A stretch of DNA of 46,886 nucleotides from Wenzhouxiangella sp. (GTDB taxonomy: Bacteria; Pseudomonadota; Gammaproteobacteria; Xanthomonadales; Wenzhouxiangellaceae): positions 1-46,886 of the forward strand of contig SKXY01000091.1 of NCBI GenBank assembly GCA_007128175.1, read 5' to 3'. The notes below the pieces were generated by a model. That model was given only the letters and a program-made list of their open reading frames with translations. It ran no database searches and was not told the origin of the DNA. Of this stretch, positions 28,244 to 42,453 are shown one piece after another. The position numbers and the translations under genes are program-made. Numbering within the stretch: the stretch's first letter is position 1; each line of letters starts with the position of its first letter.

Positions 28244-29842
28244 TCAGTCGCCGGGTGCCTCGAACCGCTCATGCAGGATGTCGATCGGCAGTACCTGAAG
28301 TTCTGCCGTCAGGTCGGTGACGGGCTGGTCGGGATCGTTGCTGTCGATGCAGACTGTGGCCAGGTAAGTGTCGGGCACGAGATCGCTGCCATCGAACAGG
28401 ATCTCGAGAGACTGCTGTTCGCCGGGCCCGATCGTGCCGGAGGTGAAGGATACTGAAACCCAGTCCGGCAGTCTGCAATCCGTCGAGTTCATCTCGATGG
28501 ACCATTCCAGCGATCGACCACCAACATTGCCGATCTCCAGGTCGGTAACGGCGGATGGATCATGGATCGCAACGCTGACTTCCAGCAGGTCCGTTTCGAG
28601 CTTGATCCGGGGTGGCTCGATCGGATCGCGGAATCCAGCGACGATTGGTGATGTCAGGCTGGCGGTGCGGGCGTTGTCGCGTTGCTCGGCGATGCCGGTC
28701 GGATGTCCGTTGTAGCGGGCATTGGGTGTGGAGAAATACATGCGCCTCGGGCAGCCTCCACTGCATGGGTAGGACATGACGGTGCGAAACTCGCCGCTGA
28801 CGAAATGACCGAAGGACCAGGGGTAGGACGCAGTACCGGGCTCTGGTCCGTTTGCCGGGTCATGCTCCATGCCCATGTTGTGACCGTGCTCGTGAGCGTA
28901 GGTCAGGTTGCCGACAGCGCATTGGGTGGCGGTGACCTGGAAGGCGTTTGAAGCAAACCCGGGGTCGGGAGTGCGCATGACGTAGCCGCAGCCGCAATAG
29001 CTGGCCTGTACCAGCATGCCGACCATGTCGGCACCGTATTGGTCGCGCAACTGCTGCACGGTGCTGCTGTTTCGAACCCAGCCAAGGTCGGTCCCGCAGC
29101 TGTCGCTCTCCCCGTAGCGGATTTGCTCTATGCCCGCGATCCGGAATTGCGCGTTGACACGGCTGTTTTCAAAGGATTGGTTGGCGTTGGCGATGGCGGC
29201 TTCAGCATGTGCCTCGATCTGGGCGGTGCCTCCCAGGGCCTGGCGTGCCGCCGGCGTATAGAGTGCCAGCAGGTCCATGATCACGGTTTCGTCATTGTCG
29301 GCAGCGTTTCCGTCGCTGGAACCGGGGGGAGGCTCGAAAGAAGAGGGCTGGCGGGATAGGCGGGATAGAGCGTGACTGTCCTCACGAGCGTCGGCGGGAG
29401 GTTCAAAGCCGCCGGAACACTCGGGAAATGCAGTGGTGTCGAGTTCGAGCAGCACGGTGCCATATTCTGCGTCCGGGCGAATCTCCCAGTTGTGTTCGTC
29501 GGTATGGATAAGTCCGCCCATCCAGCCGTCGCGCACGGTCATCAGTACCTCCGCCCCCTTCGGGCCGACTCCGGCCCAGCTCGTGCTGTGATCGGACTGG
29601 CTGAAGATGCGTCGGCGTTCGACGAGTAATTCGGTCTGGTCCGGAAGTGAGACCACCATTTGACCTGCTTTCTGCGTGATGAGGGTGGTGCTCGGCTCGA
29701 TGGCCCAGCCACGAACGGCGGCTGATGAGCGTTGCTCCAGGCCTTCGGTTATCTGTTGTGGATCGCGCTCCCAGAGTGTTGGCGCGGCATTGGCCGCTCC
29801 GGCCATAACCAGGCCGAGCATCAGCAGGCTGATACGGGTCAT
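28244..29842 (-). CDS. Secreted reprolysin-like (metzincin) metallopeptidase with C-terminal BACON/Ig-like domain
   Basis: Signal peptide MTRISLLMLGLVMAGAANA; HEHGHNMGMEHD zinc motif; Met-turn TVMSY; start moved to ATG 29842. Confidence 0.88.
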   Translation of the reverse strand: MTRISLLMLGLVMAGAANAAPTLWERDPQQITEGLEQRSSAAVRGWAIEPSTTLITQKAGQMVVSLPDQTELLVERRRIFSQSDHSTSWAGVGPKGAEVLMTVRDGWMGGLIHTDEHNWEIRPDAEYGTVLLELDTTAFPECSGGFEPPADAREDSHALSRLSRQPSSFEPPPGSSDGNAADNDETVIMDLLALYTPAARQALGGTAQIEAHAEAAIANANQSFENSRVNAQFRIAGIEQIRYGESDSCGTDLGWVRNSSTVQQLRDQYGADMVGMLVQASYCGCGYVMRTPDPGFASNAFQVTATQCAVGNLTYAHEHGHNMGMEHDPANGPEPGTASYPWSFGHFVSGEFRTVMSYPCSGGCPRRMYFSTPNARYNGHPTGIAEQRDNARTASLTSPIVAGFRDPIEPPRIKLETDLLEVSVAIHDPSAVTDLEIGNVGGRSLEWSIEMNSTDCRLPDWVSVSFTSGTIGPGEQQSLEILFDGSDLVPDTYLATVCIDSNDPDQPVTDLTAELQVLPIDILHERFEAPGD

Positions 29843-30037
29843 ATGATTCTCCCGAACGAATTGTTGTTCTGGTTCCCAGGTGCCGGCTGGATGGTGGAAT
29901 CCGCCAATCGATGGACGGTTGAGACAATGAATGCCGGGCAATGCGTCCCCTTTTCATACGGATTCCGGACGGAAATCGTGACAGGGGTGACGGGTGTTTG
30001 GATGAAGGGCAGGGTCGGCCCGGAAAGAGTTCGTCGG

Positions 30038-30070
30038 AAATAAAAAGGGGCCCGCCAGTGGCGGGCCCTT
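30038..30070 (-). terminator. Rho-independent terminator after acnA
   Basis: GGGCCCGCC/GGCGGGCCC stem followed on the minus strand by CTTTTTATTT. Confidence 0.85.
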
Positions 30071-30088
30071 GCGATCTTCGGTGCCTGA

Positions 30089-32857
<2,769 letters not shown>

Positions 32858-32972
32858 GGGGATCTCCTTCCGTTGAAAATGGGTCGAACGGGCAGGGCGC
32901 AGACGGCTGCCCGAGGTCAGCCTGTTATTTTATCACGCGAGAGGGTTCAACAAAGGCCTTCTCGAGGGGGTG

Positions 32973-33584
32973 TCAGGCACTCATGAGGGACTCGGCCTGC
33001 TCGAGCATGCCGCGCCGCTGGAACACCAGTCGCCACTGGCGTCCACCGACCTGCCGCCAGAGAAAGGCCGAGCGCAAACCGGCCAGCAACAGGGCGCGCA
33101 CGAAGGCCACCTTGTCCGGCTGCTTGAGGTATTCGGGCTGGCCGCTGATCGACAGTCGAAAGTCCATGGTGGAGACATGTCGCTGGTAGACGTCCGCCAA
33201 CTGGCTGATCACGCTGTCGTCGAGCCGCTCCTCGGCATCGCGCCACGCGGCCTCGATCAGGTCCAGCTCTTCGCCCAGGGCACGCTGACGTTTGCCGTCG
33301 CGCTGGATCTTCGTGCCCAGCTTGGCCAGCCCGAGGCTGTAGTTGAGCGCCTGCAGGCCGTCCTGGCCGTGGCGGGCACTGAACAACTCCACCATCACGC
33401 GCAGGCCCATGCGCACGCCACCGAGACCGCCATACACATCTTCTGTGGAGTCGGGGTTGCGACTGAAAATACTGCCGATGCTGGCCTGGGCGGCCTGCTG
33501 ACTGCACTGGCCAGAGGTCGCAATCTGGCGCACCAGTTCGCTGGCTTGCAGCATGCCGGCAAAGGCGATGGTCTTGTCTCTCAT
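32973..33584 (-). CDS. hflD: High frequency lysogenization protein HflD
   Basis: [32 protein letters not shown]; ATG 33584 overlaps the mnmA stop (ATGA). Confidence 0.93.
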   Translation of the reverse strand: MRDKTIAFAGMLQASELVRQIATSGQCSQQAAQASIGSIFSRNPDSTEDVYGGLGGVRMGLRVMVELFSARHGQDGLQALNYSLGLAKLGTKIQRDGKRQRALGEELDLIEAAWRDAEERLDDSVISQLADVYQRHVSTMDFRLSISGQPEYLKQPDKVAFVRALLLAGLRSAFLWRQVGGRQWRLVFQRRGMLEQAESLMSA

Positions 33585-34717
33585 GCCGAAACGGATTCCT
33601 CGTTGTGGTCTTTCTGCATGGCTGGTGGTCGGGGCGCGTTGGACGACTCGATTGTTCCGCCACCGAGACACTCTTCGCCGTCGTAAAGCACCACGGCCTG
33701 GCCGGGGGTCACGGCGCGCTGCGGCTGGTCGAACTCGAGCACCAGCCGCTCGTCGTCGATATGGCGAATCCGGCAAGCCTGGTCGGGCTGGCGGTATCGT
33801 ATCTTGGCTGCCAGTCTTTCGCCAGCCTCCGGCACCCGCCGAATCCAGGTCAGCGAGCCGGCGCTCAGTTCGGTGGCCATCAGCAGCGGGTGATCGGTCT
33901 GCTGGACGGCGTAGAGCACGTTGTTTTCCAGGTCCTTGTGGGCGACATACCAGGGTGCCTCGGGGTGGTTCTTCAGGCCACCGATATTGAGACCCTTGCG
34001 TTGACCCAGCGTGTAGTGGATCAGGCCGCTGTGCTCGCCAATCACTTCATCCTCGGGAGTGCGGATCTGTCCGGGTTCGGCATCAAGGTAACGATCGATG
34101 AACGCGTCGAAGTTGCGCTCGCCGATAAAGCAGATTCCGGTCGAGTCCTTCTTGTCGGCCACCGGCAGGTCGGCCTCTGCTGCCAGTCGGCGCACCTCGC
34201 TTTTTTCCAGCTCACCGAGCGGAAACAGGGCGCAGGCAAGCTGCTCCTGGTCAAGCGCATAGAGAAAGTAGCTCTGGTCCTTGCCGCCGTCGATGCCCTT
34301 AAGCAAGGAGACGCTGCCGTCGGCATTGTCGCGGCGGCGGGCATAGTGCCCGGTGGCGATGAGATCGGCACCGAGATCGCGGGCATGCTCGACGAAAGTG
34401 CGGAACTTGATCTCGCGATTGCACAGCACGTCCGGGTTGGGCGTGCGCCCGACCTTGAGCTCGGCCAGGAACTGTTCGAACACTTCTTCCCAGTACTCGG
34501 TGGCGAAGTTGCGACCATGGAAAGGCAAGTCCAGGATCTCGCACACGCGCCGGGCATCGGCGGCATCGTCCTCGGCAGTGCAGCCGGAGGCGGCATCCTC
34601 CTCTTCCCAGTTCTTCATGAACATGCCGGCAATCGGTTTGCCCTGCTGTTTCAGTAGCCAGGCGACAGTCGAGGAATCGACCCCGCCGGACATCGCTACC
34701 ATGATCAGATCGCTCAT
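33581..34717 (-). CDS. mnmA: tRNA 2-thiouridylase
   Basis: [55 protein letters not shown]; start moved to ATG 34717. Confidence 0.97.
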   Translation of the reverse strand: MSDLIMVAMSGGVDSSTVAWLLKQQGKPIAGMFMKNWEEEDAASGCTAEDDAADARRVCEILDLPFHGRNFATEYWEEVFEQFLAELKVGRTPNPDVLCNREIKFRTFVEHARDLGADLIATGHYARRRDNADGSVSLLKGIDGGKDQSYFLYALDQEQLACALFPLGELEKSEVRRLAAEADLPVADKKDSTGICFIGERNFDAFIDRYLDAEPGQIRTPEDEVIGEHSGLIHYTLGQRKGLNIGGLKNHPEAPWYVAHKDLENNVLYAVQQTDHPLLMATELSAGSLTWIRRVPEAGERLAAKIRYRQPDQACRIRHIDDERLVLEFDQPQRAVTPGQAVVLYDGEECLGGGTIESSNAPRPPAMQKDHNEESVSA

Positions 34718-34910
34718 GTGCGTCCATATGGGGTCAGGATGGTGAGATTGCGAGGGTGCCGGGTGGTGGCTGGATTTTCGGGGTTGGAGATGGCGCGGCA
34801 AAAGCCACCCGCAATGTCCGTACCATCCGAGGCGCCTCGCTTCATGGAGGTCGACTCCTCCTTACAGATGCTACAGCCTGATTTCAGTGGCACCAGAACG
34901 CCCCACCCGC

Positions 34911-35813
34911 TTATCCCCCAAACAATTCGGGATTCATAAGGTCGATAAACCGCTCCGACTGCGGCGAAAGGTAAGCCCCCCGGCGCATCACCACCCCGTA
35001 GGAGCGTCGCGGAAAGAACTCGCTCATGTCACGCACCACCAACTTCTCGCGATCGGCATCGGTAATGCAGATGCTGGTGACGATGGAGATTCCCATACCC
35101 AGGGCAACGTACTTCTTGATCACCTCCCAGCCGCCCACCTCCAGCGTGACCCGGAAGGGGAGGTTGTGGCTCTGGAACACCATGTCGATCATCCGGTAGG
35201 TGGTCAGACGCCGCGGCGGCAGGATCAGCCCATGCGGGCTGATATCGGTCAGCGCGATCTTGCGTCGCCGGACCAAGGGATGATCCGGACTCATGATCAG
35301 CACCGGATTGAAATGCCAGATTGGCTGGTAGTCGATGTCGGAGGGTACGTCGAGCATGGAGCCGACGGCGAAGTCGACTTCGTCCTCGCGGATCATGCCG
35401 AGCCCATCGGCGCCGGTGACGTTGTGCAGGTGCACGAAGATGCCCGGGTGCTTGCGGCGGAACCGCATCATCAGCGACGGCAGCAAATGCAGGATGGTCG
35501 ATTCCCCGGCGGCAATGCGGATCTCGCCGGTATCCAGGGAGCCGTAGCGGCGCTGGAACTCATCGGGCAGGGCGTCGATGCGATCAACCAGCGGACGCGC
35601 CATTTCCAGCAACGCCTTGCCCGCCGGCGTGAGCTGCATGCGTGGCCCGTGACGCTCGAACAGCGGCCGCCCCAACTCCTCCTCCAGCGCCCGGATCTGC
35701 TGACTGATCGAAGGCTGGCTCAGGAACAGCTTCTCCGCCGCCGCCGACACGCTGCCGGTTCGTGCGGTGTGGATGAAGGCGCGCAGGTGTTTTAGGAGGT
35801 TGCCTTTGTACAT
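34911..35813 (-). CDS. LysR family regulator divergent from aceBA
   Basis: GSVSAAAEKLFLSQPSISQQIRALEEELG..LFER HTH. Confidence 0.94.
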   Translation of the reverse strand: MYKGNLLKHLRAFIHTARTGSVSAAAEKLFLSQPSISQQIRALEEELGRPLFERHGPRMQLTPAGKALLEMARPLVDRIDALPDEFQRRYGSLDTGEIRIAAGESTILHLLPSLMMRFRRKHPGIFVHLHNVTGADGLGMIREDEVDFAVGSMLDVPSDIDYQPIWHFNPVLIMSPDHPLVRRRKIALTDISPHGLILPPRRLTTYRMIDMVFQSHNLPFRVTLEVGGWEVIKKYVALGMGISIVTSICITDADREKLVVRDMSEFFPRRSYGVVMRRGAYLSPQSERFIDLMNPELFGG

Positions 35814-35822
35814 CGGTTGGTT

Positions 35823-35900
35823 AGAGGGAAAGAGGGAAGAAGTGAGAGGGAGAATCGCAGTGCCCGCGTCCTCCCCTTTCTCCTCCTCTACCCCTCTCCC
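35823..35900. repeat. Polypurine tract followed by an inverted polypyrimidine tract with ~7-nt periodicity
   Basis: AGAGGGAAAGAGGGAAGAAGTGAGAGGGAGA ... TCCTCCCCTTTCTCCTCCTCTACCCCTCTCCC. Confidence 0.6.
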
Positions 35901-35901
35901 A

Positions 35902-35922
35902 AGTATTTGATAATCAAATACT
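35902..35922. promoter_or_regulatory. LysR-type operator (T-N11-A palindrome)
   Basis: Perfect 10-bp arms AGTATTTGAT-a-ATCAAATACT between the divergent lysR and aceB. Confidence 0.75.
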
Positions 35923-36000
35923 ATAGATCAAAAGATTTAATTTGCCAAATATTAGCCTTTGCACCTACGCTTGGCGCAATACAACCAAGCGGATGGAGCG

Positions 36001-37629
36001 ATGAATTATTCATCACAGCAGTATCCGAACGACAACCTGACCAGCGACGACCGCGCCGAGTTCGTTGCTGCTCTGCCTGAGGGAGCATCACACCTGTTCC
36101 CAAACGAATTGCGGCGATTGCTGGCGTCGCTGTCGCGGCGCTACCGCGGCGAGGTCGATCGTTTGCTTGAAGCACGTAACGACCGCCAGCGCGCCTTCGA
36201 TGCCGGCGAGCTCCCCGATTTCCCGGCAGAATCCCAAAAAATTCGCGAAGGCGACTGGAAAGTCGCGCCCATTCCCCATGATCTGAAGGACCGCCGCGTC
36301 GAGATTACCGGTCCGGTGGATCGCAAGATGATCATCAACGCGCTCAATTCCGGTGCAAAGGTGTTCATGGCCGATTTCGAGGACTCCTCGACACCGACCT
36401 GGGCCAACATGATCGACGGCCAGGTGAACCTGCACGACGCGGTACGTCGAACGATAGATTTCACCGCGCCCAACGGCAAGGAATACCGGCTGCAGAAGAA
36501 TCCGGCAGTCCTGATTGTCCGTCCTCGTGGTTGGCATCTCGACGAGAAGCATGTGCTGGTGGATGGTCGACCGATCCCCGGCGGCTTGTTCGATGCCGCC
36601 GTTTATCTCTATAACAACGCGCGCATCCTGATCAGCCAGGGCAGCGGGCCCTATCTGTACCTGCCCAAGCTGGAAAACCGCCATGAGGCCGAACTCTGGG
36701 AGCGGGCACTGACCCGAATCGAGCGCTCGCTCGAGCTCGATCCCGGCACCATCAAGGTCACGGTGCTGATCGAGACGATCACCGCGGTGTTCGAAATGGA
36801 CGAGATCCTGCATGCGCTCAGAAGCCGGATCGTTGGTCTCAACTGCGGCCGATGGGATTATATCTTCAGTTATATCAAGCGGTTCCGGGCACATGGTGAC
36901 AAGGTGCTTCCGGATCGTGCCCAGGTCACCATGACGGTGCCGTTCCTGCGTGCGTACTCGCAGTTGCTGATTCGTACCTGTCATCGTCGCGGTGCCTTCG
37001 CCATGGGCGGCATGGCCGCGCAGATCCCGATCAAGGGTGACGAAGCGGCCAACGAGGCGGCCGTCAAGAAGGTGCGTGAAGACAAGGAGCGTGAGGCCGG
37101 TGAAGGTCACGACGGTACCTGGGTGGCGCATCCCGGCCTGATACCGCTGGCCATGGAGATCTTCGACGAGCAGCTCGGCGACCGCCCCAACCAGTTGCAC
37201 CGACTGCGCGACGACGTATCGGTCAGTGCCACCGACCTGGTCGAACCTTGCAGGGGATCGATCACCGAGCAGGGCGTACGCGGCAATATCAACGTGGCCA
37301 TTCGCTACATGGCCGCGTGGCTGGCCGGGCAGGGCTGTGTACCGATCAATCACCTGATGGAGGATGCCGCAACAGCCGAGATTGCCCGAGCCCAGCTCTG
37401 GCAATGGGCGCGCCATGACCGCGGCGTCCTCGAGGACGGTCGCGACATCGACCTGGAACTGATTGCCCGCTGGCAGGACGAGGAATTGAAAAAGATTCGT
37501 GCCGACGTGGGCGATGAGGCTTTTGACGGCGGTCATTACCAGGCCGCCGCCGACCTGCTGACCGAGGTCACCGCCAGCGACGATTTCATCGAGTTTCTCA
37601 CCCTCCCGGGCTACGAGCGCCTGGACTGA
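36001..37629 (+). CDS. aceB: Malate synthase A
   Basis: [57 protein letters not shown]; ATG 36001 with GGAG RBS. Confidence 0.96.
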   Translation: MNYSSQQYPNDNLTSDDRAEFVAALPEGASHLFPNELRRLLASLSRRYRGEVDRLLEARNDRQRAFDAGELPDFPAESQKIREGDWKVAPIPHDLKDRRVEITGPVDRKMIINALNSGAKVFMADFEDSSTPTWANMIDGQVNLHDAVRRTIDFTAPNGKEYRLQKNPAVLIVRPRGWHLDEKHVLVDGRPIPGGLFDAAVYLYNNARILISQGSGPYLYLPKLENRHEAELWERALTRIERSLELDPGTIKVTVLIETITAVFEMDEILHALRSRIVGLNCGRWDYIFSYIKRFRAHGDKVLPDRAQVTMTVPFLRAYSQLLIRTCHRRGAFAMGGMAAQIPIKGDEAANEAAVKKVREDKEREAGEGHDGTWVAHPGLIPLAMEIFDEQLGDRPNQLHRLRDDVSVSATDLVEPCRGSITEQGVRGNINVAIRYMAAWLAGQGCVPINHLMEDAATAEIARAQLWQWARHDRGVLEDGRDIDLELIARWQDEELKKIRADVGDEAFDGGHYQAAADLLTEVTASDDFIEFLTLPGYERLD

Positions 37630-37649
37630 ACCCTTACCGGAGCATTTGC

Positions 37650-38945
37650 ATGAACAAGGACGTCAAGCCCATTATCGAAATGGAAACCGACTGGATGGAG
37701 AATCCGCGCTGGAAAGGCGTGGAACGGCCCTATGATGCCGCCGAAGTGGTGCGCCTCAGGGGCAGTGTCACCATCGAACACACCCTGGCCCGCATCGGCG
37801 CGGAAAAGCTCTGGAAGCTGCTCAACGAGGAAGACTTCGTCAACGCGCTCGGGGCATTGACCGGCAACCAGGCCATGCAACAGGTGCGTGCCGGTCTCAA
37901 GGCGATTTACCTGTCAGGCTGGCAGGTGGCGGCCGATGCCAACCTGGCCGGCCAGATGTATCCCGACCAGTCGCTGTACCCGGCCGACTCGGTGCCGGCG
38001 GTGGTCAAGCGCATCAACAACACCTTCCAGCGCGCCGACCAAATCCAGAGTTCGGAAGGCAAGGGCGAGATCGACTGGTTCGCACCCATCGTTGCCGACG
38101 CCGAGGCCGGCTTCGGCGGGGTGCTCAATGCCCACGAGCTGATGAAGGCCATGATCGAGGCCGGTGCCGCCGGAGTGCACTTCGAGGACCAGCTCGCCTC
38201 GGCCAAGAAATGCGGCCACATGGGCGGCAAGGTGCTGGTACCCACCCAGGAAGCAGTCCAGAAGCTGGTTGCCGCTCGCCTGGCTGCCGACATCTGCAAC
38301 GTGCCGACCATCATCGTGGCACGCACCGACGCCATGGGCGCCGACCTGCTGACCTCCGACATTGATCCGGTCGACAAGGAGTTCCTGACCGGAGAGCGCA
38401 CATCCGAAGGCTTTTACCGCGTTCGTGCCAGTCTCGACCAGGCCATCGCCCGCGGACTGGCCTACGCCCCTTATGCCGACTTGCTGTGGTGCGAGACCTC
38501 CACGCCCAACCTCGAAGAGGCCAAACAGTTCGCCGAGGCCATTCGAGCTGAGTATCCCGGCAAGATGCTGGCCTACAACTGTTCGCCCAGCTTCAACTGG
38601 AAAAAGAACCTCTCCGATGCCGAAATTGCCGCCTTCCAGCGCGAGCTCGGTGCCATGGGCTACAAGTTCCAGTTCATCACCCTGGCCGGGTTCCATGCAC
38701 TCAACCACTCGATGTTCCAGCTCGCCCGCGGCTACCGCGATCGCCAGATGTCGGCCTACGTCGAGCTGCAGGAAGCCGAATTCGCGGCCGAGTCGCAGGG
38801 CTACACTGCCACCCGTCACCAGCGTGAAGTCGGCACGGGCTACTTTGACCAGCTGACCCAGGCAGTCAGTAGCGGCGAGTCTTCATTGAGTGCGCTTTCG
38901 GGTTCCACCGAGGAATCGCAATTCGATGAATCGGCAAGTCGCTGA
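37650..38945 (+). CDS. aceA: Isocitrate lyase
   Basis: [38 protein letters not shown]. Confidence 0.98.
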   Translation: MNKDVKPIIEMETDWMENPRWKGVERPYDAAEVVRLRGSVTIEHTLARIGAEKLWKLLNEEDFVNALGALTGNQAMQQVRAGLKAIYLSGWQVAADANLAGQMYPDQSLYPADSVPAVVKRINNTFQRADQIQSSEGKGEIDWFAPIVADAEAGFGGVLNAHELMKAMIEAGAAGVHFEDQLASAKKCGHMGGKVLVPTQEAVQKLVAARLAADICNVPTIIVARTDAMGADLLTSDIDPVDKEFLTGERTSEGFYRVRASLDQAIARGLAYAPYADLLWCETSTPNLEEAKQFAEAIRAEYPGKMLAYNCSPSFNWKKNLSDAEIAAFQRELGAMGYKFQFITLAGFHALNHSMFQLARGYRDRQMSAYVELQEAEFAAESQGYTATRHQREVGTGYFDQLTQAVSSGESSLSALSGSTEESQFDESASR

Positions 38946-38951
38946 CGTCAT

Positions 38952-38980
38952 CTTGAAAACCGCTTGATGCTGCCGCAGTA
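38952..38980 (+). promoter_or_regulatory. Possible sigma32 promoter of clpS
   Basis: CTTGAAA-N14-CCGCAGTA versus consensus CTTGAAA-N13/14-CCCCATNT; -10 imperfect. Confidence 0.4.
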
Positions 38981-39016
38981 TGATATCGATGCAATCGAGT
39001 CATGCTGCGGCAGTCC

Positions 39017-39349
39017 ATGAGCGAAAAGGAACACCATTCAGGTCACACCGGCGATGGCCTGGCGTTGCAGGAAGCACGCCCGAAGGTCAAGCGACCGCCG
39101 TTGTACAAGGTCGTCATTCTCAATGACGACTACACACCGATGGAGTTCGTCGTCGACGTGCTGCAGCGCTTCTTTTGTCTGTCGCACGACCAGGCAACCA
39201 GCATCATGCTGCATGTTCACACGCGCGGTCGCGGCGTGGCCGGCATCTACACCTACGAGATCGCGGAAACCAAGGTCGTCCAGGTCAACGACTATGCCCG
39301 CGAGCACCAGCATCCGCTGCAATCCACGCTGGAGGAGTCCGAATCCTGA
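39017..39349 (+). CDS. clpS: Clp protease adaptor ClpS
   Basis: [35 protein letters not shown]. Confidence 0.97.
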   Translation: MSEKEHHSGHTGDGLALQEARPKVKRPPLYKVVILNDDYTPMEFVVDVLQRFFCLSHDQATSIMLHVHTRGRGVAGIYTYEIAETKVVQVNDYAREHQHPLQSTLEESES

Positions 39350-39447
39350 AAGCCATCGGGATCGAATCTTGATGCAAACAGGAATCATCGCGGTGTATTC
39401 TGGTCTCACAGGCAAGCCGTTTCACCAGTTGCACCAGGATCGCCAAC

Positions 39448-41724
39448 ATGTTCAGCAAGGATCTCGAACTATCCATCTCGCAGGCCTATCACACGGCCCG
39501 CTCGCGTCGACACGAGTTTCTGACTGTCGAGCACTTGCTTTTGGCGCTGCTCGACAACGACTCGGCCATCGAGGTGTTGAGCGCCTGTGGTGTGGACATC
39601 CAGCGTCTGGCAAATGAGCTGGACCTGGTGCTGACCGAGTCGGTGCCCATACTTTCGGAGGGCGATCAGCGCGACACCCAGCCCACCATTGGCTTCCAGC
39701 GCGTGTTGCAGCGTGCCCTCTATCACGTCCAGTCAGCCGAACGCAAGGAAGTCCTCGGCGCCAACGTGCTGGTCGCGATCTTCGGTGAAAAGGATTCTCA
39801 CGCCGTTTACCTGCTGGGCAAGCAGGATCTGGCGCGGCTGGACGTGGTCAATTTCCTGTCACACGGCATCGCCAAGACCGATGAACCCGGTGCCGGCACG
39901 GCTACCGACGAGCCGGGCCTGGAAGCCGGGCAGGGTGTCGAGGAGGACAAGTCTGCGCTGGCGGCTTACGCCACCAACCTGAACGAAAGGGCACGCGCCG
40001 ACAAGATCGATCCGCTGATCGGTCGTGCGCTGGAAGTCGAGCGCACCATCCAGATCCTGTGCCGTCGGCGCAAGAACAATCCGCTCTATGTCGGCGAGTC
40101 CGGCGTGGGCAAGACAGCCCTGGCCGAAGGCCTGGCCCTGCGCATTGTCAGCGGTGAAGTGCCCGAAGTGCTCGACGATGCCGAGATCTGGGCGCTGGAT
40201 CTGGGCGCGTTGCTGGCCGGCACAAAGTACCGGGGCGACTTCGAAAAGCGCCTCAAGGCCGTGCTTGCCGAGCTCAAGTCGCGTCACAAGGCCGTGCTGT
40301 TCATCGACGAGATACACACTATCATCGGTGCCGGCGCGGCGTCAGGTGGCGTCATGGACGCTTCCAACCTGATCAAACCGGTGCTGGCCAACGGTGAATT
40401 GCGCTGCATCGGCTCGACGACGTTCGAGGAATACCGCGGCGTGTTCGAAAAGGATCGTGCTCTGGCACGACGGTTCCAGAAAATCGACATCGTCGAGCCG
40501 TCGGTCGGCGAGACGATCGAGATTCTCAACGGTCTCAAGCATCGCTTCGAGGAACACCATGGCGTGACTTACACCCCCGAGGCTCTGGAAGCGGCAGCGA
40601 CGCTGTCGGCCCGTCACATCAACGATAGGCATCTGCCGGACAAGGCCATCGACGTGATCGACGAAGCCGGTGCCCGCGAACGCCTCAAGCCCATCGATGA
40701 CCGTGCCGAGAGCATCGGCACTTCCGAGATCGAGGAAGTCATTGCCAAGATGGCGCGTATTCCGCCGCGGCAGGTATCGCGTTCCGATCGGGATGCCCTC
40801 AAGACGCTGGAGCGCGACCTGAGAATGGTGGTCTTCGGCCAGGACGAGGCCATCACCACCCTGGCCTCGGCCATCAAGATGTCGCGCTCCGGACTGGCCG
40901 ATGTCGAGCGGCCGATCGGTAGCTTCCTGTTCGCCGGTCCGACGGGTGTCGGCAAGACCGAGGTCACCCGGCAGCTGGCGCTGACGCTGGGCATCGAGCT
41001 GATCCGATTCGACATGTCCGAGTACATGGAGGCACATACCGTTTCCCGCCTGGTCGGCGCGCCGCCGGGTTACGTGGGCTTTGACCGGGGCGGACTGCTG
41101 ACCGAGGCGGTCACACAAACCCCGCATGCCGTGCTGCTGCTCGACGAGATCGAGAAAGCACACCCGGATGTCTACAACCTGCTGCTGCAGATCATGGATC
41201 ACGGCAAGCTCACCGATGCCAACGGGCGCAGCGCCGATTTCCGCAACGTCATCCTGGTGATGACGACCAACGCGGGTGCGCAGCTGATGAGCCGGCGGGG
41301 TATCGGTTTCACGCAATCCGACCATACCTCCGACGGCATGGAAGCGATTCGCAAGCAGTTCACGCCGGAGTTCCGCAACCGGCTCGATGCCATCATCCAG
41401 TTCCGCTCACTGGCCGTCGACGTGGTCATGAAGGTTGTCGACAAGTTCCTGATGGAGATGGAGAACCAGTTGGCCGACAAGGGCGTCAACGTCGAGGTCT
41501 CGGCCGATGCGCGTCAGTGGCTGGCCGAGCATGGTTTCGACGAAAAAATGGGTGCACGGCCGATGAAGCGCGTGATCCAGGAGCACATCAAGCGACCGCT
41601 CGCCGACGAATTGCTGTTCGGCAGCCTGGCTGAAGGCGGCGAGGTGCGGGTCACTCTCAAGGAAGACGGCACCGGGCTAGACCTCGACTGCCACAGCGCC
41701 AGTGCGGCGCCGGTGGCCGAGTGA
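39448..41724 (+). CDS. clpA: ATP-dependent Clp protease ATP-binding subunit ClpA
   Basis: [11 protein letters not shown], two Walker A motifs ([16 protein letters not shown]), [17 protein letters not shown]. Confidence 0.97.
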   Translation: MFSKDLELSISQAYHTARSRRHEFLTVEHLLLALLDNDSAIEVLSACGVDIQRLANELDLVLTESVPILSEGDQRDTQPTIGFQRVLQRALYHVQSAERKEVLGANVLVAIFGEKDSHAVYLLGKQDLARLDVVNFLSHGIAKTDEPGAGTATDEPGLEAGQGVEEDKSALAAYATNLNERARADKIDPLIGRALEVERTIQILCRRRKNNPLYVGESGVGKTALAEGLALRIVSGEVPEVLDDAEIWALDLGALLAGTKYRGDFEKRLKAVLAELKSRHKAVLFIDEIHTIIGAGAASGGVMDASNLIKPVLANGELRCIGSTTFEEYRGVFEKDRALARRFQKIDIVEPSVGETIEILNGLKHRFEEHHGVTYTPEALEAAATLSARHINDRHLPDKAIDVIDEAGARERLKPIDDRAESIGTSEIEEVIAKMARIPPRQVSRSDRDALKTLERDLRMVVFGQDEAITTLASAIKMSRSGLADVERPIGSFLFAGPTGVGKTEVTRQLALTLGIELIRFDMSEYMEAHTVSRLVGAPPGYVGFDRGGLLTEAVTQTPHAVLLLDEIEKAHPDVYNLLLQIMDHGKLTDANGRSADFRNVILVMTTNAGAQLMSRRGIGFTQSDHTSDGMEAIRKQFTPEFRNRLDAIIQFRSLAVDVVMKVVDKFLMEMENQLADKGVNVEVSADARQWLAEHGFDEKMGARPMKRVIQEHIKRPLADELLFGSLAEGGEVRVTLKEDGTGLDLDCHSASAAPVAE

Positions 41725-41745
41725 GCTATCGAGAGGCGGTGTCCG

Positions 41746-41964
41746 TTATTTCATGCGGTAGGTGATTCGGCCTTTGCTCAGGTCGTAGGGGGTCATTTCG
41801 ACCTTAACCCGGTCACCGGTGAGAATACGGATGTAGTGCTTGCGCATGCGCCCGGAAATATGGGCGGTGATGACGTGTCCATTGTCCAGCTCTACCCGGA
41901 ACATGGTGTTGGGCAGGGTTTCAAGCACCCGGCCCTCCATCTCGATATGATCGTCCTTCGCCAT
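41746..41964 (-). CDS. infA: Translation initiation factor IF-1
   Basis: [38 protein letters not shown]. Confidence 0.98.
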   Translation of the reverse strand: MAKDDHIEMEGRVLETLPNTMFRVELDNGHVITAHISGRMRKHYIRILTGDRVKVEMTPYDLSKGRITYRMK

Positions 41965-42292
41965 GAATGTCCTTGAAGTTGGTTAAAACCGCGTTATTTT
42001 GACACTTCTCTCGCCCAAAGCAAACCCCGAATTGCCGGGGAAGGCAAAACGGGAAGAAGGTACAGAGGATAGAGGACACGGTCGCCCCGGAAATCGCGAA
42101 GCGATTGTCCGGGGCCTCGCGCGGTGAGGTTGACACGGCTCTGGGCAGTAGCTGCAAGTGCAAGATCTCCAGCATCGCTGCACCGATTCGAGAACGACAG
42201 CCTCCAGACCTGCGAAATGCCCCCGGATTCAGGTATAATGCCCCGCATTCCGACCTGTTCGGCGGCAGATGAAAAAATTCTTCGGCCGGGTC

Positions 42293-42320
42293 TTGACAGA
42301 TCGGATTCCGCGATTAGAAT
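42293..42320 (+). promoter_or_regulatory. Sigma70 promoter of tRNA-Gly
   Basis: TTGACA-16 nt-TAGAAT, ending 13 nt before the tRNA; a second TATAAT at 42234-42239. Confidence 0.8.
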
Positions 42321-42333
42321 GATCGCCTTCTTA

Positions 42334-42409
42334 GCGGGAATAGCTCAGTTGGTAGAGCACAACCTTGCCAAGGTTGGGGTCGCCGGTTCGAGTCCGGTTT
42401 CCCGCTCCA
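42334..42409 (+). tRNA. tRNA-Gly (GCC)
   Basis: GCGGGAA/TTCCCGC acceptor, anticodon loop TTGCCAA, CCA end, 76 nt. Confidence 0.98.
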
Positions 42410-42418
42410 GGTTCTCGG

Positions 42419-42453
42419 AAAGGGCCCGGGCAATGCCCGGGCCTTTTTCGTTT
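42419..42453 (+). terminator. Terminator-like hairpin after tRNA-Gly
   Basis: GGCCCGGGC-aat-GCCCGGGCC followed by TTTTTCGTTT. Confidence 0.8.

Noticed and set aside
29935-29970. ECF-sigma promoter (GGAAT-N16-CGCAT, minus strand) for the metallopeptidase
   Set aside because: The match is too weak to support without comparative data.
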